Shown one piece after another: positions 58,426 to 64,000 of a stretch of DNA of 64,000 nucleotides. This DNA comes from an uncultured bacterium. GTDB lineage: Bacteria; Patescibacteriota; Microgenomatia; Levybacterales; UBA12049. Positions within the stretch are counted from its first letter, which is position 1; the number at the start of each line of letters is the position of its first letter. The stretch lies in NCBI GenBank assembly GCA_963826535.1, contig CAWGXL010000010.1, positions 42,814 to 106,813 on the forward strand, read 5' to 3'. Below the pieces are notes generated by a model that made no database searches, was not told the DNA's origin, and worked only from the letters and a program-made list of their open reading frames with translations. Made by a program: the position numbers and the translations under genes.

Positions 58426-59805
58426 ATGGATTGGACAAAGAACGGGGTCGATTTAACGGATAAAATTAAAGAGCTAAACATACAGTCAGGTGATAAACCA
58501 TCTGATACTGTTGTAATCACCGGATATGCCCAACTTACACCTTTGGGTAATACAACTGAAACCGAAAAAGCAGAATTCGCGGGTATTTCGGGAACGAAAA
58601 AATACGATGTCAAGAATTTTAGAAGCAATATCGCAGGCCCGATAAATTTCCGTCCGGAAGATCATTTTTCAGAAAAAGAATTAAGAGGTTTATCACGTAT
58701 AGGAGCTTTAGGAATTGTACTGGCCAAGGAGGCAGGCAAGATGGCTCTGGTATTAGATGATACAGGCAAATTAAAGAATGACTTTGACCCCCTCAAAGCA
58801 GGTTGTACTGTTAGTACCGGCATTGGCGCGCACTCGAAAATGGTTGACGTTTATGTAAAAATCCATTGGAAAACTGATCCAAATACCGGAAAAATGCAAC
58901 CTGCAGATCCGGTGGAAGGATCACGATTACTTTCTCCGTTTATTGGCCTTCAATTATTTCCTGAAGAACTGGGAGGTGACATTGAAGCGTCCCTCGGACT
59001 ACAGGGATGGGGCATAAATTCCGCTGAGGCTTGTGCCACCGGGCTGTCAAGTATAACAGACGCGTATCACCTAATAAAAACTGGGAAAAATGATATTGTA
59101 TTTGCGGGAGGTATAGAAGACGTTATATCTGAACGCCCGGATCTTTCTATAGGCGTCTTTGCTGCAATGAGAGGACCTCTATCCAGTAGGAATGATGAGC
59201 CGGAAAAAGCCAGCCGCCCGTTTGACCGCGACCGCGACGGTTTTGTTTTATCTGCCGGCGGTGGAGTCATTGTACTCGAAAGACTTGACTCGGCGCTCGC
59301 CAGAAAAGCTCCGATTTATGCCGTTGTGTTAAGTGCTGAAAAAGGAAGCGACGGATATAGTCCAACCAATCTCGAAACAAATCGTGTTGCGAAACTTATT
59401 CTTAAAACATTGAAATTACCGGAAGAAAAAAACCTGACATATCCGATTGATGCGATCTTCGCACACGCTACTGCAACCAAAGCAGGAGACCTGGCTGAAA
59501 TTACTACGCTCAGGACAGCTTTGGGTGATGATTATTTAAACAAAATTCCAATTACCGCCATCAAATCAATGCACGGACATTTGGCTGGAGGAGCAGGAGC
59601 AGTAAATGCGATCTCCGCTATCCGGGCGATTGAAAAAGGCTTTATTCCCCCGATTGTAAATCTGGACAACATTGACGAGCCCTTTAAAGATTTAAATTTA
59701 GTAAAAGGAAAAGCGCTAAAAGGAAATTTCAATACCGCACTAGTCCTAGCCTACGGCTTCCATGGGAAAGACGCGATAGTACTGCTTGGCAAATACCAAC
59801 CCTAG
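58426..59805 (+). CDS. fabF: 3-oxoacyl-ACP synthase II
   Basis: VVITG..TPLG, EACATG, SRPFDRDRDGFV, AHATAT, KSMHGH..GGAG. Confidence 0.9.
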   Translation: MDWTKNGVDLTDKIKELNIQSGDKPSDTVVITGYAQLTPLGNTTETEKAEFAGISGTKKYDVKNFRSNIAGPINFRPEDHFSEKELRGLSRIGALGIVLAKEAGKMALVLDDTGKLKNDFDPLKAGCTVSTGIGAHSKMVDVYVKIHWKTDPNTGKMQPADPVEGSRLLSPFIGLQLFPEELGGDIEASLGLQGWGINSAEACATGLSSITDAYHLIKTGKNDIVFAGGIEDVISERPDLSIGVFAAMRGPLSSRNDEPEKASRPFDRDRDGFVLSAGGGVIVLERLDSALARKAPIYAVVLSAEKGSDGYSPTNLETNRVAKLILKTLKLPEEKNLTYPIDAIFAHATATKAGDLAEITTLRTALGDDYLNKIPITAIKSMHGHLAGGAGAVNAISAIRAIEKGFIPPIVNLDNIDEPFKDLNLVKGKALKGNFNTALVLAYGFHGKDAIVLLGKYQP

Positions 59806-60470
59806 TGAAGTGCAGAAATTGCTTCTTTTAAATTTTTAAATACTCCGTCTGCCTTAGAAAAATCCTGTTTTTGAGTAAATTCATTAGGTACAGCAAAACA
59901 AAATAAACCCGCTGATTTAGCTGCACTTACTCCGTATTGAGTATCTTCAAAAGCAATACATTTTTCAGGATTTAAACCAAGAGATTCAACTGTGGATAAA
60001 TATATATCGGGAAAGGGCTTACCTCGTTTAACATCACTTCCGGAAACAACAGTTTGAAATAAAGTTAATATTCCTGTTTTCTCCAATTTTAATCGAGTTT
60101 CATCTTTAGGACTGCCGCTCGCGCAGGCAACTTTGATTTTCTTTTTCAGAAAAAATTTTATTGCGTCTTTTGCATTAGGCATAAGCTGTATTTGTTTTGT
60201 ATTTATCCAATCAAACAATAGCTCTTCCTTTTTTAAATATAAAGTTTTCTCATCGATTTTTAAATTGAGGTCATGAATAAGTTCAGCTTCAATAATATCT
60301 CCACGTTTACCTGCATATAAAAAATATTGTTGTTTCGTTAGTGACTTACCATAGGGCTTTAATACCTCACGCCATCCCTGCCATTGGAAATATTCAGTAT
60401 CAACCAAAACCCCATCAACATCAAATACTGCCCCTTGCAGATTGCCTAGTTTTAATTCAGGATTTTTCAT
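59802..60470 (-). CDS. HAD-family phosphatase (beta-PGM/CbbY-like)
   Basis: FDVDGVLVDTE, GKP.PDIY, FEDT..G..AA. Confidence 0.88.
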   Translation of the reverse strand: MKNPELKLGNLQGAVFDVDGVLVDTEYFQWQGWREVLKPYGKSLTKQQYFLYAGKRGDIIEAELIHDLNLKIDEKTLYLKKEELLFDWINTKQIQLMPNAKDAIKFFLKKKIKVACASGSPKDETRLKLEKTGILTLFQTVVSGSDVKRGKPFPDIYLSTVESLGLNPEKCIAFEDTQYGVSAAKSAGLFCFAVPNEFTQKQDFSKADGVFKNLKEAISALH

Positions 60471-60553
60471 AAATTTAATTATACAATATGTATGATAACT
60501 TTCATTAATTGCTTGTTGTTATTATCTAATTGTATCTATACAATAAGCAATAA

Positions 60554-61594
60554 ATGATAAAGGTAAGACAAGAGCATATTATCTATAGATACAAAAAGCA
60601 CAAAACCAAAAAAATTAAATCCAAAAATATTTATACGAGCCCTATACCACACTTCATATTTTTAGCAATTTTATTCTTCCTCATAATTTTTTCAGGAATT
60701 TATCCGTTCCATTCCGACAATATTGAAACCTCTGCAGAATTGTCTGAAATCACAACTTTACAGCCCCTTAATTCAATTATTTATAACAATAAAAAATCAA
60801 CCACTAAATTACCTTTATTCGCCAATATATTGTCAACCATGAGCGCATCTTTAAGTCCAAGACCGAAAATAAAACATGACTCTTTGCATATACCGGTTGC
60901 CCAAGCGCAAGCTAATACTTCAGATGATTATTGCTTAAATGTGCCCGTTTTACTTTATCATCATATTCAACCCTTATCGCTTGCCAGGGAATTAGGCCAC
61001 GCGCAATTTACCGTAGGTGACAATTATTTTGATATGCAGATGTCTTACCTTGCAGAAAACAATTATCACGCAATTTCAGCTGATGAGTTGGCATATGCCC
61101 TTATTCATCATACTTCGCTTCCACCAAAAAGCATAGTAATAACCATAGATGATGCTTATGATGATAACTATAAATACGCTTATCAGATTTTAAAAAAATA
61201 TTATTTAGCCGGAAATTTCATGATACCTACGGGTCTAATTGAAAATAAGGGCTATATGACTTGGGTTGAGCTAAAAGAGATGTCGGAAAATCCTCTTATA
61301 ACTATTTATAATCATACTTTATCCCATGCATATTTAGGAGGAGAAACAAGAGAAAAAATTGAATTTGAGATAACTTCAGCAAATAACCAACTTGAAAGCA
61401 ATTTGGGAAAATCCAGTAATATTTTTACCTATCCATATGGCTCATATAGTCCTCTGGCTATAGATGTATTAAAAAAGTTAGGCTTTGTAGCGGCATTTTC
61501 AACCCTCGACGGGACTATACAATGCGAATCATATATTTTTGCGCTTAAACGCCTTCACATCGGCAACGCCCCATTAAATTCATACGGGTTATAA
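60554..61594 (+). CDS. Polysaccharide deacetylase (CE4)
   Basis: PVLLYHH, ITIDDAY, NHTLSH, FTYPYG. Confidence 0.88.
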   Translation: MIKVRQEHIIYRYKKHKTKKIKSKNIYTSPIPHFIFLAILFFLIIFSGIYPFHSDNIETSAELSEITTLQPLNSIIYNNKKSTTKLPLFANILSTMSASLSPRPKIKHDSLHIPVAQAQANTSDDYCLNVPVLLYHHIQPLSLARELGHAQFTVGDNYFDMQMSYLAENNYHAISADELAYALIHHTSLPPKSIVITIDDAYDDNYKYAYQILKKYYLAGNFMIPTGLIENKGYMTWVELKEMSENPLITIYNHTLSHAYLGGETREKIEFEITSANNQLESNLGKSSNIFTYPYGSYSPLAIDVLKKLGFVAAFSTLDGTIQCESYIFALKRLHIGNAPLNSYGL

Positions 61595-61599
61595 TTTTT

Positions 61600-62412
61600 T
61601 TATTCCCTTTGACAAATGAAGGATATTTCGGTAAGCGTTTTTTCTTTTTCTTCCCTAGAAAGTGGAAGCAGGTCAAGTAAATTCGGATTCTCATGAATAT
61701 CTTTACATATAACGATGTGATTATTCAGCAAAGTTATTTTGTGTGTTTGCGCGAGCGTAGTGAGCATGGTTATGGGATGGAGGCGTGACTTTTCTATTAA
61801 ATCCCTAAGACTTCCTTCTTCAGGAAAGCTCCAGCTAATAATTTTAAGACCTGAGCATAGAGCATATGTATTGGCATCTATGGTAGTTTTGGTATTGGTG
61901 ACAAGCCAGGCCTCATCTAACAAATTTTTTTCCTTTACATCTTGAAACCTCGCATGTGTATATAAGGCCACGTGAACCTCGGAGCGTGTGCCAATGTTAT
62001 TATGAAATTTAGCTTCAATCATACTGGTTTTATTCTCTTTTTTAGCAATTACATCAATCTCGTGACTAATGCACTTTCCCATCAATATTTGTCTCACTTT
62101 TGTCTCGTAACCCAATGCTTGTAGAATTTTGGCAATAAAGTCCTCAAACGGATATCCTGTGGGACCAAGCATCATAATTGCTTCTTTAAGGCTATACCTC
62201 GTGCGATTATATGGATGTTCGGATTTTCCTAAGAATTCCAGTATATGTTGATAAATTTCTCTCGTCGGAATCCCGTCGTACAATTTACTTCTTACATGAA
62301 TTAATACCTCTGTTGACAAGCCTTGCGGAATCCTAGCTCTTTTAATCGAGCTCATAACTTTTACTTCATCGTATGGCTCCCTCTCGCCGTTGGCTTTGAG
62401 AACTTGCAGCAT
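61600..62412 (-). CDS. ATP-cone + Mrr-like PD-(D/E)XK endonuclease-domain protein
   Basis: V.KANGERE.YD..K ATP-cone; GPTGYPFE, HEIDV, IEAKFH, VTNT. Confidence 0.82.
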   Translation of the reverse strand: MLQVLKANGEREPYDEVKVMSSIKRARIPQGLSTEVLIHVRSKLYDGIPTREIYQHILEFLGKSEHPYNRTRYSLKEAIMMLGPTGYPFEDFIAKILQALGYETKVRQILMGKCISHEIDVIAKKENKTSMIEAKFHNNIGTRSEVHVALYTHARFQDVKEKNLLDEAWLVTNTKTTIDANTYALCSGLKIISWSFPEEGSLRDLIEKSRLHPITMLTTLAQTHKITLLNNHIVICKDIHENPNLLDLLPLSREEKEKTLTEISFICQRE

Positions 62413-62421
62413 TATATTATT

Positions 62422-63987
62422 TTATACCCCTTTTTTTCTAAAAACAATGAACTTATCCTTTTCTAAATCTATGTAATACTCATTATTTAGTTTAAGTTTT
62501 TCAACCATTTCTTTTTCCGCCTTTTCTGAGCCGGAGTTAGTCAATAAAAATATTACCATATCTGCTTCATTCATGCCTTGCGGAACAGTATATATTTGCG
62601 CGCGTTGCGCAAGGTGTGAGCCGACATTATTTGTCCCGGAGACACTGAAACTGTCTGGTATACCGGACAAATAATTATCAATTAAACTTTTATCATTTAC
62701 CGGCCTGGTAAACATATCCAAATTCGCAGCTTTTGCGCCGGGTAATGGCCCAAATAGATATGCACCAATTAATGAAAACGTCAAAAGATATATAACTAAG
62801 AACGCGTTAGTTAATCTCAGTTTTTTTCTCAATAAATTCAAGCCAAAAATTGCGGTTATGAAAATAAATGGGCTGATGGCCGATGTATATTGGTAATAAA
62901 TTTGGTGTAGTTGTTCATTATTGCTAAGAAGATTTATCAGTAAATCCGGCAGAGCAAAAAGTAGATTCAATGGCGCGAATATTGATAAAAAGCCAACCGG
63001 AAGAAAAAGTTGGTTGAGGTAAGACAAACGGCTTTGCTGGAATATTATTTCAACTATCTTTTGCGGTGAAAAAATAATAGTTTTTAATATATTCCCCGGC
63101 GAGTCGCCAAATTCGCTGTAATAATCCAGGGCAAAATGTTGCGACCCAAGAGCATTTGGAATCGCGTGCCAAATTAGAAAATAAAACATTAAAGAAGAAA
63201 CTGCAAAAATAGTCAATCCAAATATTTTTTTGCGCTGAAAGAAAAAAATGAATATGCCAAAAAGAGCTATGACCGCCCATATCTGTTCTTTTGTAATGGC
63301 TGCAAGTATTGCGAATAACAGGAAGAATAAATATTTTTTCCTGCGGTAAAAATAGTAGGTTCCCAACAAAAAAAATGTCGCCAATGTTACAGGATGGAAA
63401 TCGTATAGATTTGCCCGCTCAATACTCGGATTTATTAAGTACATAAATGAAAATATCAAAGCCAAATTTTTATTTTTTAATATATCGCGTGCTAATAGAA
63501 AAACAAAAAAAGCCCCTCCGGCAACTACAATAGTTTGTATAAGCAGTAATATTTTTGGATTTTCCCAAATATAATAAAACGGAGCCAACAAGATAAGAAT
63601 GAAGTCAGAGTGAAATGCGAGTCTTGATATTGTTTCAGTTGCATTAGGATTTGTAAATTCAAAGATTCTTCCCTGGCTTGTATTCCAGACCGTCTGAGCC
63701 ATATTTCCCAAGTCGAATCTGCCGGTATAAAAATTGTCATAACGAAGGAAACTGGTTATCGTGAAGTATATGCAATATAGTAGAAATAAACAGAAAAGGA
63801 TAGTTTCCTGTTTATGACCCGATATCCATTTTTCTAATTCTACAAATTTTTTGGAGGTGATTTTTGACCAGATAATTGTTATTGCTATAAATATTAACTC
63901 GGCCAAAATCAAGATAATTCTCCCGAAAAGCGACACGAAAGCTGCCGGACTGGAAGACAAAATTTTTGCCAGCCCAATTGTTACCAC
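62422..63987 (-). CDS. DUF2079-family membrane protein (GT-C-like); may extend past the window
   Basis: FDLGN..Q.VW, H...IL..LAP.Y, YDFH, KE, HQIYYQY; multiple TM helices. Confidence 0.75.
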   Translation of the reverse strand: MVTIGLAKILSSSPAAFVSLFGRIILILAELIFIAITIIWSKITSKKFVELEKWISGHKQETILFCLFLLYCIYFTITSFLRYDNFYTGRFDLGNMAQTVWNTSQGRIFEFTNPNATETISRLAFHSDFILILLAPFYYIWENPKILLLIQTIVVAGGAFFVFLLARDILKNKNLALIFSFMYLINPSIERANLYDFHPVTLATFFLLGTYYFYRRKKYLFFLLFAILAAITKEQIWAVIALFGIFIFFFQRKKIFGLTIFAVSSLMFYFLIWHAIPNALGSQHFALDYYSEFGDSPGNILKTIIFSPQKIVEIIFQQSRLSYLNQLFLPVGFLSIFAPLNLLFALPDLLINLLSNNEQLHQIYYQYTSAISPFIFITAIFGLNLLRKKLRLTNAFLVIYLLTFSLIGAYLFGPLPGAKAANLDMFTRPVNDKSLIDNYLSGIPDSFSVSGTNNVGSHLAQRAQIYTVPQGMNEADMVIFLLTNSGSEKAEKEMVEKLKLNNEYYIDLEKDKFIVFRKKGV

Positions 63988-64000
63988 TCCCTCTCGTACT

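Noticed and set aside
39370-59805. Acyl carrier protein gene in the FAS cluster
   Set aside because: No acidic ~80-aa ORF with a DSL-type motif was found in the ORF track or the gaps
57448-59805. Type II polyketide synthase
   Set aside because: Only one ketosynthase and no chain-length factor or cyclase; the context fits fatty-acid synthesis better

Overview
AT-rich bacterial chromosomal window. The gene content suggests a Patescibacteria/CPR genome of Microgenomates type: VirD4/TraG-like ATPase with Cys-rich proteins, cohesin-domain protein, CoaD-DUF359 fusion, archaeal-type PEP carboxylase and many apparently leaderless genes. This taxonomy is an inference. Housekeeping genes include guaA, a guaB-like gene, prfB, tkt, secG, uvrA, uvrC, rpmG, eno, murI and four tRNAs (Thr-Tyr-Thr-Trp). 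The main finding is a ~20 kb region (39.4-59.8 kb) encoding a near-complete but remodelled fatty-acid/phospholipid pathway: BirA, a BCCP with a non-canonical biotinylation motif, a single-chain BC-CTbeta-CTalpha carboxylase, FabH, FabD, FabF, FabG, an SDR fused to a double hot-dog dehydratase, two PlsC-like acyltransferases and a methyltransferase. No ACP is visible in the window. Other findings: at least four families of tiny palindromic repeats, several inserted in frame inside UvrC, UvrA, transketolase, CoaD and a transglutaminase; an unannotated 6S-like RNA with its own promoter; an array of four Cys-rich paralogues; a LexA-controlled three-gene island at tRNA-Trp (possible defence system); an IS; two HicAB pairs; and orphan membrane-protein genes sharing one promoter module. 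All calls come from reading motifs by eye; no database searches were run.
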